Below are positions 48,560 through 61,360 of a stretch of 64,000 bases of DNA, one piece after another. The notes beneath the pieces are model-generated. The model made no database searches and was not told the DNA's origin. It saw nothing but the letters and a program-made list of their open reading frames with translations. Each line of letters begins with the position of its first letter. Position 1 is the stretch's first letter. The position numbers were made by a program, and so were the translations under genes. The stretch comes from Eutreptiella sp. 'Long Island Sound 2002' (Eukaryota; Protista; Euglenida), in NCBI GenBank assembly GCA_964036045.1, contig OZ038378.1:77872001-77936000 (forward strand), given 5' to 3'.

Positions 48560-49585
48560 ATGGGGACACCTTCTTCAGCGGAAAGCCTGTGTTTCCCCCA
48601 CCGGTGCGTGGACCGTATGGCGAGGCCAAGATACGACTAAAGCAGGACCCCCGTGTGTATCGGCACCGGGAGTTTGCCCTGAGGGGCGAGACAAAGGAGG
48701 CCATGGAGAAGATCCTCCGTGACTTCATCGAGAGAGGCTGGCTCGAGCCGTGCCAGTCCGAATGGGCCTCTCCGTGCTTCGTCGTCCCCAAGAAGGCGGC
48801 CGGTGAGTGGCGGCTGGTGGTCGACTACCGCCGCCTAAACGCCCAATTGCAGCATGACAGCTAACCGCTGCCCCTCATTGAGGACATGCTGCAAAAACAA
48901 CACCGGCGGAGGATCTTCACGGTGATTGACCTGAAACATGGTTATCATCAGATGCCTCTCGCCGAGGAGTCCCGTGCCTGCACAGCCATGAGCACCCCAC
49001 TTGGACCTCTCCAGTGGAAGGTGATGCCCATGGGTGTTACCAACGGCAATGCGGCTTTTCAGCGGATGCTGGAGAACCTGCTTGAGCCGGTGCGTGACTG
49101 TGCGGACCCCTTCCGACGTGATCATCGCGTCCGGGGACCCCAGTATGAGCTACGAGGAGCTCTTGGAGGCACATGAGAGGGACGTCACTCGAGTGCTGGA
49201 CCTTCTGGTTCGGCACAAACTCACAGGCAGCAGTGACAAGGCCACCATTGCGGTAAGCGAGGTGGTCTTCGCTGGCCACGTAGTCGGGAACGGGCAGCGA
49301 AAGCCCATACCTGGCAAGGTGGCTGCGATCGAGCACTGGGAAAAGCCCAAAACGGTCTCTGAGCTACGGGCGTATCTGGGGTTCTGCAACTACTACTCGG
49401 GGTATATCAAGATGTATGCCGAGTATGCAGCCCCCATGACGACCATGCCCAAGGGCAACCGAGAGGAGACCAAGAAGGGGTCCAAGAAGGCTCTGGTCTG
49501 GGATGCTGAGTCCGACCGTGCCTTTGAGGGGATGAAGCAGGCGCTGCTATCCGCAGTGGGTCTGCACCTCGTGGATCCTGACTGA
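48560..49585 (+). pseudogene. pol: Ty3/Gypsy reverse transcriptase
   Basis: WASPCFVVPKK, WRLVVDYRRLN, S*PLPLIED, IDLKHGYHQM, MPMGVTN, HWEKPKTVSELRAYLGFCNYY. A frameshifting deletion at ~49111-49120 destroys the xVDD motif. Confidence 0.95.
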
Positions 49586-49975
49586 GGGTTCGTCCTGCGC
49601 ACAAACGCTTCCGACTACGCCGTTGGCGCTATGTTGGAACAAGTGCTTGACGATGGGAGGCACCTGCCCGTGGCCTTCTGGAGCGGAGTCCTGGCGGAAG
49701 GCCAGAGAGGGACTTGGACGCCCCGAGAAAAGGAGGCGTATGCCATCGTCATGGCTCTCAGGAAATGGGGTGGGTACATAGCCCTCCATCCCGTCACCGT
49801 CTGCACGAACCATCAGAGTCTGCAGTCGTGGCACAAGGAGCACGTGGACACCCCCTCTGGTCCCGCCTCCCGACGGGCAAGATGGCATGAGACCTTGGCC
49901 AAGTGCGACCTCACGGTTGTTTATATTCCTGGTAAGGACAACAGTGTGGCGCACTGTCTCAGTAGGTGGGCCTAT
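49586..49975 (+). pseudogene. pol: Ty3/Gypsy RNase H
   Basis: TNASDYAVGAMLEQ, REKEAYAIV, TNHQSL, YIPGKDNSVAHCLSR. Several conserved Asp residues are substituted. Confidence 0.92.
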
Positions 49976-50339
49976 CCCGCCAGCAAGGGCATGACGGATA
50001 TCTCTGCCCATGGCGATGAGGCTGAGACCGCTGAGGCCAAGAAGATCATTGAAATGCAGCGCCTGATGGAGGAGGAGGGTGTTAAATGCTTCGTCGTCAT
50101 GGCTGCGGATGCCCCCCTCGGATCGAGGATGGGCAGAGCGGTCAGAGTACTCGCCCCTGATGGAGCTGAGTCCGACAAGCACCTCTTCCCTGAGTCCTGC
50201 CTCCAGGACGACTGGACCGACGACTACGCTAAGTCCGAGGCCTTTGCGGCCGAGTATAGGGCTGTGACCGACCCTGATGACGGGCAGAAGTGGCCGAGGG
50301 GCTGACTGAGGAAGATGGCAAGCTCTACCAGAGTCCCGA

Positions 50340-51686
50340 GTGCACGAGCTATGTGAAGCTGGGAACCACCACATGCTGCATCCAGGGGTCAAGAAGCAAG
50401 CCCTTGACATGCAGCGCCGGTTCGAGATCGACCAGATCAATCTCTACACCGCCATCAAGAAGGTCAGGAAGGGTTGCTCGCTCTGTCAGGCCTGCAATCC
50501 CGATAACCGGAAAGTCAAGCAGGAAGCCCAATGGACCCCGGTTCCTGACCAGCCCATGGAGAGCATGGCCATGGACGTCTTCTCCATGCCCGAGGTGCAC
50601 ATTGGCAAGGAGACCTTTGACTGTGTGGTTCTTTGTGTGGATCGCCACAGTGGCTACGTAGTAGCCGTTCCGGCACGCAAAAAGGGGTTGCTTGCCAAGG
50701 AAGTGGCAGTCATGATGATTCGTCATTGGCTGACTTTCTTTGACATCCCCCGCACCATTTGCAGTGACCGAGGGCCCCAGTTCACTGGTGGCTGGTTCAA
50801 GGCTATGTGTACCCTCATGGGAATACGTCATGCCAAGAGCGTTGCCTATCTCAGCCGGTCTAACGGCCGGGCTGAAGTGGCTGGATGGGAGCTGTTCGAG
50901 AAGCTGCGCAAGATTCACATCACCAATCCACGGCGGAACTGGTTTGAGGAGATGTGGCCTGCCCTGAAGGCGCATCATGACACCCCCACTCCGGGTGGTT
51001 TGTCCCCTCACCAGATTCTGTTCGGCAGGGACCCCCTGGGTCGGGGACTCCCCTTGTCTGGTGATGGTATGGCCATGGACGCCAAGGAGTTCTTTGCGCG
51101 GCAAGAGGCAACGGCGCGAGACATCCGCCAGCAGCTCGAGAAGGAGCATGCTGAGCGTCAGAAGTCCGCCCCAAGCTCGACAGCGCAGAAGTTCAGGGTG
51201 GGAGACCCGGTGTGGGTGATCAGACCCCGCCCTATGGGCACCCAACGCACCAAAACCTGGTTCACACCCGGAGAGGTGGTCCGCAGGATTGGTGAGGACA
51301 CCTACCGCATCAAGGTGGGTCACGGACAATTCCGGGAGCGCCACGAGAGTCAACTCCGTGTGCGGGAAGCCGACCTCCGTGGCCGACATGTGTCCCTGGA
51401 CTATGCCGCACATGAGGCTGATTCGGACGACGACTATGCTGAGCAGGACGACTATACTGTGGAGAAGATCCTGGCTCAGCGTCCGAGCGCCTCGGCACCC
51501 GGAGGCCTGGAGTTCAAGGTTCGTTGGCGAGGCTATGGGCCGTCCCACGACACCTGGGAACCCGTCTCCTCGTTCGTGCCGCGGATTAACACTCCCTTCA
51601 TGGGGTACATCTGCAAGCACAAGACCAAGATCCACGTCTCGGACTTGGCGGCACTCACCCGGGCGATTGCAGCCAGGGGTGCCTGA
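50340..51686 (+). CDS. pol: Integrase (HHCC, DDE, GPY/F) with C-terminal chromodomain; ORF open over 448 codons
   Basis: HHMLHPG...CSLC; MAMDVF, CSDRGPQF, SNGRAE; FRVGDPVWV; chromodomain from 51453: YTVEKILAQR...EFKVRWRGYGPSHDTWEP. Confidence 0.95.
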   Translation: MHELCEAGNHHMLHPGVKKQALDMQRRFEIDQINLYTAIKKVRKGCSLCQACNPDNRKVKQEAQWTPVPDQPMESMAMDVFSMPEVHIGKETFDCVVLCVDRHSGYVVAVPARKKGLLAKEVAVMMIRHWLTFFDIPRTICSDRGPQFTGGWFKAMCTLMGIRHAKSVAYLSRSNGRAEVAGWELFEKLRKIHITNPRRNWFEEMWPALKAHHDTPTPGGLSPHQILFGRDPLGRGLPLSGDGMAMDAKEFFARQEATARDIRQQLEKEHAERQKSAPSSTAQKFRVGDPVWVIRPRPMGTQRTKTWFTPGEVVRRIGEDTYRIKVGHGQFRERHESQLRVREADLRGRHVSLDYAAHEADSDDDYAEQDDYTVEKILAQRPSASAPGGLEFKVRWRGYGPSHDTWEPVSSFVPRINTPFMGYICKHKTKIHVSDLAALTRAIAARGA

Positions 51687-53135
51687 TCAGCGCCCTGAGC
51701 TCTCCCCTGATGCGTTTTGAGCGCTTGTGTGGTCGACGGATCGTCCCTCACTTGCTTGCTCTCTTCCATCTTCCGGTGACCTGCCATCAGAGTGGCCATA
51801 TACCCCCCCCTGCTGAATCCAGAGGAGGATGGCCCCTCTCTTCAACACTTCCATTCGTCACTTCCCCCCCTGCTGAATCCTTGGGAAACCAGGTAGGGTG
51901 ACTGACCTTCACATTTTCTGAGCTCTTGGGGCCTTGAAGCCCATACGACGTTGCGCAACGGATGCCGCTGTCATCGGCATTGCGATTTTTTGGTGTTTGG
52001 TCTGGTTCCATGGCACTTGCGGAATCCAGACCAGTCGACGTGTGTCTGCAGACTATATATGGCCTGAACTCAGGCGTTTTCCTGTCCACCCTCCTGCATA
52101 TGCCTTATCCTAACCGGGGCGTGGTTTGGCGCTCTGTCCAGAGTGTGTTTACACGCCTATTACCCCGCTTATTGCTTGTCTTTCTGTTCCCCAGGATATG
52201 TGCATCTGTATGTCAGCCCATCACTGAAGTATGGACTGTTTTTCCCCCCAGATGGGATGCGAATCGACTGGAAGGCGCCCTGAGTCGCCGTTTACATGCT
52301 CTTACATAAGGTCCAGCCTGGACCAGTACCTAAGTACAGATTCTTCTGTTTGAGTGCTCGTGATACTGCGATGTGCTGAAATCCTGATGGCGCCAGGCGG
52401 GAAGCCCAGTTGCCTGAATGCACTCCCAGCGGTTCGCCACTGTCAGTCCCAGTGTGAGCCTACCGACTCGCAGACGCACTTGCAGTCGGGTGGCGGCCTC
52501 CGGTGCTCCTGACCTCGGTCAGTCTGCCTGGGAAACTGGTGGTTTGAGGACTCGACGCCTCCACCCACACTGCATGAGGACTCCCTCATGTATGTCCTTC
52601 GTGGTAATAGGGCGAGGGAAAAGACGGCCTTGATGCCCGATCCCTTAAGGAGGAGCTCGTTTGGCTGTACCACTCTGGACTCCCGTCGTGGATATGGACA
52701 TGGTGCGCCCGAGGAAGGACCCGTGGGGACTCTCCCCCAGCCGGCGGGCCTTGGGAAGCTTTGGGTAGCCTGATGGATCTTTCTGGTCGCTTTCGACCTG
52801 TGGGACCACCTCGGTCGTCATGTGACGCCTCTGTTGGCCGTGTATGCCACTGCCACTGTGGTAGTGACCGTCGCAGCCGGCACCCGGTGCGCCTGGTATG
52901 GGTTAACGGGTCCTTTGGATGCCGAACAATCGCCGCCAGGACCCGGGACTTGATACCTGATATTATACTTGCAGTTACTAACAGCTACAGCACCGTACCT
53001 GTCTTACTGTGGGATTTGGGCAGCCTAACCTGCGAATCAGCCTGAAATGAGGATGTGACACCCCCCCTTCAGGGGATGGTCCTGGGTACCCGCTGCCATG
53101 CGTGGTGTTATTGAGCCCCCCCCAGGGTTTGCTCT

Positions 53136-53146
53136 AAGGAGGGGGG
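53136..53146 (+). promoter_or_regulatory. Polypurine tract
   Basis: AAGGAGGGGGG lies immediately before the TGAAGCGG start of the 3' LTR and is absent before the 5' copy. Confidence 0.85.
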
Positions 53147-55718
53147 TGAAGCGGTACCCAGAACCCCATGACCATGGTGAAGTATACAACCGGTCTCCGT
53201 GTGCCCACTAACCCCATGTACGGAGGGGAAGACGCCCGGTGAAGCCTGGTGAGAGCCCGGCAGGAGCGTGTCCCTTGCCGTAAAGCCCCCCTGACGGCAT
53301 TCCGGCCACTTGGGGCATGTTACCATGTACCGGCAAACTGCCATTTGCCGGTATCTTACTATTTCACGCCAATCTGCCCCGCACCGCCTTCGGCCGTTGA
53401 TTCGGCAACCTAACCCTAACAACAGATGTAGGTAAGACGTGTTTGTGTGGGAGATCTGGGCATTTCAGCTATTAGCGGCCGCATCGGCAACTGATGCGTC
53501 GCCCGCTGAGATTTACACATCAGAATATCAGGAATCAACAGGGTTTTATTTTCATATTGTTTCCGTTACTTTTCACGCTTCCGTTCTGATAATCAATGTT
53601 ATGACTGCTGGCGGTTGGCTCGCGACTTTAGCGTAACCGCCAGTTTAACTGTTATTTACAGACATCTTAGCGCAATCCGTGACGAAGACTCTAAAGTTTT
53701 CAGGAATTGCATAGATGCATCTGCAATTTTCACATTGTACACTCGCAACCTTAATCCGAATTTTTCAGGATGTCGAAATCGGATTTTCGACTTCGACATC
53801 CCCGCACTTGATTTGACCTCTTTCGAGTGGACCTACGTGCTTCCCTATGCACGAATCAACTTTCTCTTTGTCTTGCCCTCCATTTGCCTTAGAGATATGG
53901 GCAAAACAAAGTTGATTCGTGAGGCAGCTTGTGAGGGTCATATCTCGTGCTGCTTGCGAGGAATGACAATAGGGAAGCATGTGATGTATTCACAATACTC
54001 CCGACGTAATTTGGGAAGCTTTATACGCCTTTCGTCTCCACACGTGCGCGCTAGCGTAATGTATCATGGTCAAGAGGGTAGAGTTTGCGTTATAACTCTT
54101 TGGCCATGATATTGCGTGCGTTAAGATAACTTTCGAGTGTAGCGCGCGAGTGTTGGTGTTGCATAGGAACTTTCCTTGAGTTCCTATGAGCGATGGACAC
54201 AAGGTTATGCCCTTGGAGGGGCATGACATATCGTGGGGGGAGCTACCTTTTTGGGCAGTATGTGGTATGTGCCATGTGTTGTATTGCGTGCCCATTTGGC
54301 GGGTTTGGCTAAGAGCGATACACCCACCAATGGACCTCATATTGCACGAGGCCCTTTCTTATACTCCCCACGATCAATTGCAAGCCTAACCTTCGTGGAG
54401 GGAAGCTTGTGTGGCGATCCCAAAGCGATGCGTTGGGAGCAAGGTGTGTGTTTTGCAATTTTCCATATTTTCATGTGCCCACTTGGGAAGTAGCGCTCGT
54501 GACCTTTCAAAGCGCCCCAAGTGGAGTACATATGTGGAATCGGAGGTCATTGGTGTCAAGTCATTGTGTTTAGAAGGATTGGTCGATTACTCAATCCAAG
54601 CCGAAGATATTATAATATATTTGTGCGCCTTTCAAGGCCCTTTTGGGTGTTTTTTTGCCAATATTGCTATTTTTTGCCCGTCATGATGTCAAGTGGCGAC
54701 CGTGTATCTCAACGTTGCGCTCAATTGACATCATGACCCAAGTATGTTCTAGGGGTACATACTTGGGTGCCCAACATATCTTGGACCCGGCGAATAACTC
54801 CTCATGGGCTTGGCATACCGTGGCCGCCATGTTGGCGATTTGGGACTATCCCAAATCATGGGCTCACTTGGCGACCCTGCAATTCCAAAAACCGGAGGAG
54901 TTGGGCGACGCCCAAAAGATATGTTGGACGCATGTGACTTGATACCAATCCTATGGCACACTCCGGTCCAAGTCGGGCATGTGCCTCATTTGCCCCAACC
55001 ATGAGTGTGCGCATTTTTGGCCATTTCGAGCAGTTTTCCATATTTTCTGCCCGCCGTGCACCATGTTCAGCCTCCTCATGCACGCCTGACTCATGGACCA
55101 ATGGACCATATATGACATGGGTGTTATGGATATTGGTCCCCATTGTTCACACGACACGTGGGCGAAGCGGAGCAACCTTCGTTAGGGTGCTAGCCCAAAG
55201 TGAGTGTGGACAATTTTGCCATTTTGGCATTTGTGGACCCAATTGGGATTGTCACCACGCCGAGTGGCATGGAGATCGTTGGAAGCCAAGGGCATGGGAG
55301 TCTCTGTTGGACTCCTGGTGGATCGCGTATGGAATGGCGGATCTGATGTCCAAGCCGGCGTGGAAATGTACTATTTGGAGCACCCCCGAATTTTGGCTCA
55401 TTTCGAGCAGCCAAAATGACTCCCTTTTGGGACGCCAATTCCACGCCCCCGTGTGGTCAAATGGCGGCCCCATATCTCTATGCCCATGAGGAGCCCGGAC
55501 CTAATTTGAAGTTGTACACTCTGATATAGGTCCTAGGTCCTGCCTCCTATCCTGTGAGCCATTGGCCTTGCCCTGGCCGGGCTAGCCACACGTGGGAATG
55601 ACGCCAATTTTGGTGATTTTGGCATCATGACCCCACCTGATGAACCCGTGGTGCCCTGATGCCGGGACCTCAGAGGGAACCAGGTTGGGTGAGGGCTCCA
55701 GAGAGTTGGTACCCGAAG
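53147..55718 (+). repeat. 3' LTR, part shared with the 5' copy
   Basis: Direct repeat of 39895-42466; homology stops after CGAAG. Confidence 0.88.
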
Positions 55719-58700
55719 GGCATAGGGTCAGTTGCTTCGTCCCTACCTCTGGCGGGTCCGGACGAGGGGTCAATTTTGGAGATTTTTGAGCTAATGTCAG
55801 TTCCGGCTGAAACAGCGCATTTTCAGCTACCAGCTCCTGGCGGATATTGGCGGGGCCATATCTCTGGCTCAGAGAGGAGTTGGGACCTGCTGTTAAGGGA
55901 GCATATGGAGCCAGCGTCGGTCTGCCTTGGTGCCCCTTGGTTCCTAGGAACTCGCCTGTGGCCGGGCGGGACACCTCCCCTATTGGCAGGGTTTCAGGGT
56001 CCGGACTGAGCAGGGCATGGGTTGTGTTTGAGCCCCCGCCCCCACCAGCCACTGAGAGGGTCAGACCTGGGATTGGGATATGAGTTGGGACTGAGTGTCT
56101 ATTGTCATGTGCTGCTCTTACCCCAGTCCAGTCTTAACCTCATGTGTACATATCCTGATGTGTTGCTGTACATACTTTTGTTCCCTTGTTTCAGAGTGGC
56201 AAGGATCCTGAAACGCTTTGTCTCATGACACGAGCGTAATTGATGTCCCTGTGAGCGCAGTGCTTTGCCTGCCTGCTTGCTTGTGCGTGTCACCGCAGCG
56301 TCCCGTGGCCAGGCCCCCCACGGGAACGCGTCAGTATTAGCGGTACGTACAACCCCTGGGTGAAAAGACATTGGTCCCTGAAAATATATGTTCCTATCAA
56401 CACGTATTCCGAGTCTTACATATGTGATACACCCATCATTCCCCGCATTCATACATCAGTCAACAAATATGTCCAATTATGGGTGCTCGCAATGCATATC
56501 ATGTTTGATAGCCGGATTCATGGTCTACAGGTCTGAAGGTCTACAGCCAAATGTCTACAGAAACGGTCTACAGAACTGTATACGATTGGCTGGGCTGGCC
56601 AATATTCCTAGTGTGCGTACCTAGGGAACTACCTATATCCACGGGATTTATTCCTCTTGGAGTCTTGGCCGCATTCCCTCGGACCCTGTTTTCCTCACTC
56701 TCTGTTGCTCCTATTTCTGGTTCTTTCCGAACTTCCTTATTTTCCCTGCTTGTGAAAAACTGTGTTTCCAAAAAGCAAAAACATAATCCCGCCTTGCAAC
56801 CCTCACATACAGGAGACACACGCATTGCGAGGAATTGTGATCTCAGTCACGTAGGTCCGGACTGACAGGGACAGGACACCCGTGCAACATGGTATACAAT
56901 CCTGCGTTCCTCGTCCTCTGTGGCCGCTGTATCAAACCTGTGTGCCCTCTACTCTCTTGATCATTAATTAATACAATCCCCACCATTGTGCTTTACAGCT
57001 TGCGCTCCGGGGGATTCCTGTCCGTCTGCCTCGTCTCCATCCTGTGGTAGGCAACACCCCCTTTCAAGAGCCTGCGCGGATGGCTTGCCTGCAGTATCAC
57101 CTGGGCAGAGGTGTCATCTGCTGCCTTGGGCCTGCTTTGGCCCCTGGCAGACAAGGAAGTTGCTCGGTATGTCTGATCGTGCGCTCCTGGCAGACTTGCA
57201 GGGCCAGGTAACGATCTGGTACGGCCGCCTGTTCGTCCCTCGGCCCACTGCTCAAGCAAAGGTGTCACCCGGTACGGCTGACAGAGCGTGTCTCCCTGCC
57301 GTTGCATACCTTGAAGGCATCATCACCCGCATCTCACCCGTGCGACCTCAAGCCGTGTGGCTCCGGATGCTGACGGATTGGAGTCAGACCAGCGCATCAG
57401 GCATCGGTTGTTCTGCACACATATATACCGTTCATGTATAGCAACATATATGGCCCGGGGGCCTCTTGTACACTGACGGACATCCCGACGCAATCATACC
57501 TTGCTAGTGCTGCAAGGGTGTGCACAACGTGTATCTCAGCCGGGGCTTTAAGGTCATGGGCCCATTTGGTCGCCGTTCCCGGCACCAGCGTAGTGGTTGA
57601 CTGCGGAACGTGCTCACCCCAGAGCACCGCTGTTAAAAAAACGTGTGTGTTCATTATGGGCCCTTGCAGTTCTCCGCATCTTGGTCATCTGTCTGGTCCG
57701 TATCCCCAGCCCAACTTGTCTCTTCTTTCCGCTCTCCGGCTCGTCCTTAGTGGACCCGTACTCCGGCCGGCTTTTGTTTCCCTGGGACCCGGCAGAACGC
57801 AAGTCCCCCTCGAATGCCGTGTGGCCTTGCCACACACGACCTGACTTGTCGTGCTTTCGTCTCCCGAACGTTGTATGTCCACCTGGTTCATGATATTCAC
57901 GACGGTCGGATTCCACGTCTGCTTCCTACCCAGTCTCCCCCTGGTGCCCGACCCGTAGACCGCAGCTATTGCTTCATCTTCACCTCCGGTTGCTTACCCT
58001 TCTTCTTCTTTCTATCCTCCTCCGCCCATTCCTCCTCTATCAACCATCGCGCCCACCGCAGCTGTTTCTCGCCTGGCACACCTGCTCTCTGTCATACCGT
58101 CCACCCCATCACCCTTGGGGGAAGGGTGTATCCCCAGGGTACATACTCCCAGGTAGGTAGGTAGGTATCTTCGGGAGCTCGAGATGCCTCCTCCGACAAT
58201 GCAGGAAGAACATCTCATCAAGGGTACATCCCGTCCCTCCCACTGCCCTAGTTCAGGTGCCTCCTAAGCCACTCCTGCAGGGGCTTGGGAAGGCAGTGTG
58301 GCGGCCACCCGGTCCATGTGTTCCGGCTGTAAGGGTGTCCCCACATGTGTGGGTAGGGTCACATGCCCCTTCCTGCAGGCTGCAGCTCTCAGGGGTTGCC
58401 CAGCCGTTTGGAGTATCTCTCACCACAGGGGGTATTGCTCCCGCGAGTGTACGGTACGATCGTCTCGGCCCTGTGGCTTCAGTTGCGGGGCCCCGCTGCT
58501 TGGCAGGGAACCCCCTCATCGGCTGTGTGCGGGCTCGGCTGTCACCGGTGGGTGCCATGGCTCCAGGTGACGTTTGCCATGGTCCTTGATGCAGCCCAGC
58601 CAGGCTCAGACCACTGGCATTGGAGCACTGCTCCTGCTACTAGGTGGGTAGGTAGGTCATCTTGGGACTGGGGTCGCCCCCCACTGGGGTCTTACCAAGA

Positions 58701-59109
58701 GGCTTTTGCTCACCCGGCCACGGTCCTACTTCACGTGCCCCCACAAAGCGGCTCCCTCTCATGAGGGAAGGGCGCGGTTGCCGCGAGCAGTACCCGACTG
58801 CTGGTTCTGCCCAGAGAGGTAACCCATGTTCGACCGAAGTCTCACATTCCTCTCCTTCGGGCAGATGATACGTGGCGGACGGGCCCATTGCAGATCCTCA
58901 TCAACCTCCGCATTCCGGGGACCAGGGGCCTGGAGCCAGGCCAAAGGCCCTGTCCTGCAGGCATCCCCACCTGGGTTGGTTTTCAGGAGGCGTGAGACGA
59001 CTTGAAGAAGCACGTGCTACGGGACTCGCATGCCCGGACGCGTGCTCACGCCTCCTGACTCGGCTGAGCTTGCGCTCTCCCGGGGGGCTGGGGGCTTGGT
59101 GCTGTTGGT

Positions 59110-59910
59110 CAATGTTAGTTGGTCGGTTGCGTAATGGTAGGGTTGCGGTGTTCTGTCGTGTCCGTGGGTATGGTGGTCGGCGGGTGTGGCGCATTACGGC
59201 GTGGCGTACCCGTTTGATGCCGTCCCTGTTTCGACCCGTGCACGCCTGCCTGGTTTAGTGTTGGCTGGCTTGCGTGTAGTCTGTTTATGGTCAGGTCGCG
59301 GCAGCAGCTGCGCCGTGGTTGGTGTACGGTGGTCTTGGCCGCCTCATGGTCCGTTTGGTTAGCCGGGGTCCCGTCGTGCTGCTGCCGGATGTTGTTCCTG
59401 TACCCCGTTCGTTCGTGTCGGCGCCGGTTAGTCGCGTCTTTGGTCGTTCTATTGCTGCTTAGTGTAGTGTGTTGATGTTGGTTGGCCGGTCGTGTACTGG
59501 TAGAAGTGCGGTGTTCTGTTGTGTCTGTGGACATGGTGGTCGGCGGGTGTGGCACACCATGGTGTTGCCCACCCGTTTGACGCCGTTCCCGTTTGAACAA
59601 ATGCACGCCTGGCTGGTTTAGTGTTGGCAGGCTCCGGTGTGGTTTGTTTAAGGTCAGGTCGCGGCCGCAGCTGCGGTGTGGTTGCTGCGCGGTGGTCTTG
59701 GCCGCTGTATGGTCAGCTTGGTTAGCGTGGGTTCCGTCGCTCTGCTGCCGGATGTGGTTTGTGTAGCCGGTTCGTTTGTGCCGGCGCTGGTCAGTCGTGT
59801 CTTGGTTCGTCCAAATGCAGTGTAGTGTGGTGTGGTAATGGTGGTTGGTCAGTTACATATTGGTAGAGTTGCGGTGTGCTGCTGTGCTTGTCGGTGTGGT
59901 GGTCGGCTAG
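59110..59910 (+). repeat. ~363-bp diverged tandem repeat, ~2.3 copies
   Basis: ATGGTGGTCGGCGGGTGTGGC at ~59170 and ~59533, with a partial third copy at ~59896. Confidence 0.85.
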
Positions 59911-60559
59911 CGTGGCGCGACACGGTGTGGCCGGTGCGGCCGATTCGCCTGGGTTCCCCGTGTTTTTCGCCGGCCACGTAGATTGTTGCGTGCTGACTGG
60001 CTTCTGCTCTTGACCCCTCGGTGACCACTACTGCGAACACATTTTAAAATTGGTACGACATGCACTGCCCCGCCCTGGAGCCAACGTTGCATGCACAACC
60101 CGTCATCTTGTACATCACGATGCCCGGGGCTTTCCTTTCCGTCTCGCTTGTGCTGATCGTATGTACACCCCCGTCGGTGGCAAAGCCCCTTCGGTTTGCT
60201 ATCCTCTTCGGTGCATCCCCTTGTTCCCTATGGGACCCCCGGGCTGTTGTGCCTGCGTGGTGGTGCGGTGTTCGTGCTCGCGTCCGCTGACCAGTCGCCT
60301 TGATGCGGTTCGTGCTGTGCCGGGCTTGTTTTGTACCTAGCCGTGCTGTGCTTTGCGGCTCCTGTGGTGTGTGTGTCAGTTTCTCAGGGCGGTTGCCGGA
60401 GGTCAGGGTGGTCTTGCTTGGTGGCACGCCGGCCTTTAGCGTCGCGTGGCGGTTCTCTAGGCCCCCCGCCGTCGTCGCCGCCACAAGCGTTCTGTGTTCC
60501 AGGCCCTGGTGTTCAACTTTCTCGGAGGCCACGCGCATTGGTGCTGGAGTCACATTCGT

Positions 60560-61360
60560 CCCTCAACCCCCTCCCCTTGGATATAAAATGCACGCAGGTT
60601 GTTCGCCCTGACGTCCGGTCCCCATGTGCGCTGCCATGGGCGCCCCGTGATCTGGTGCCCTGGTGTATGATTCTGTTGGTGGTCATACGTACCGGCGGTA
60701 AATTCGGCCTTGGACCCCTGCCCTGGGAGGTAACATTCTCAAGGCTGATGTGCTCTGTCGTCGGAGAGCCCCGTATTGGCGTGGGGCTTGGGCTCGGCGT
60801 AACGGTCCTATGTTCCCCGGAGGGAGCCGGCAGGCTCGTGGGTCCCGTGTGTTGGGCCCCTGGCCCACCTCTTGTCTGGCTTGTGGGAAAGGGAGGTCAG
60901 GCGGAAGGATAGGTCAGTGTCGGGGGCCCCCTCTCGCTCCTTGTTGCTGATAGCTTTCGGCGCTGCGGGGAACGTGCCCCTCGCAACATTCTGGCAGGTT
61001 ACGCGCGCTGAAGTTGCCCCAGTGGTGCCGCTGTGGGCGCCTTGTGACCTGGTGCCTTGTTGTATAACTTTCTTGGAGGTGATGCGTGTCGGCTCCCGTG
61101 GCACATTCATCGCTTGATCCCCTGCCCTTGGAAGTAACGTTCTCGAGAATTATGTGCTCTGACGTTGGGGGATCCCGCATGGCGCGGCGGGGTGCGCTCG
61201 GTGTAATATTCCCGTGTTCGCCGGCGGGCCCGCGGGTCTCGTGTGTTGGGCTGCACCCCTTGGTCCACCTCGTGTCCGGCTTGTGGGAAAAGGCGGTCAG
61301 GCGGAAAGATAGGTCTGTGTCGGGGTCCCCTTCCCGTTCCTTGACGCTGATGGATGGCGG
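60560..61360 (+). repeat. ~400-bp diverged tandem duplication
   Basis: Paired anchors at 60648/61044, 60713/61116 and 60895/61296 (GGTCAGGCGGAA.GATAGGTC). Confidence 0.8.

Larger units (their letters stand above)
39895..55718 (+). mobile_element. Ty3/Gypsy chromodomain LTR retrotransposon, decayed; 3' LTR may extend to 57964
   Basis: Domain order gag, PR, MTase-like, RT, RH, INT, chromo between 2572-bp direct repeats that start with TG. The second repeat is preceded by a PPT. Confidence 0.92.
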
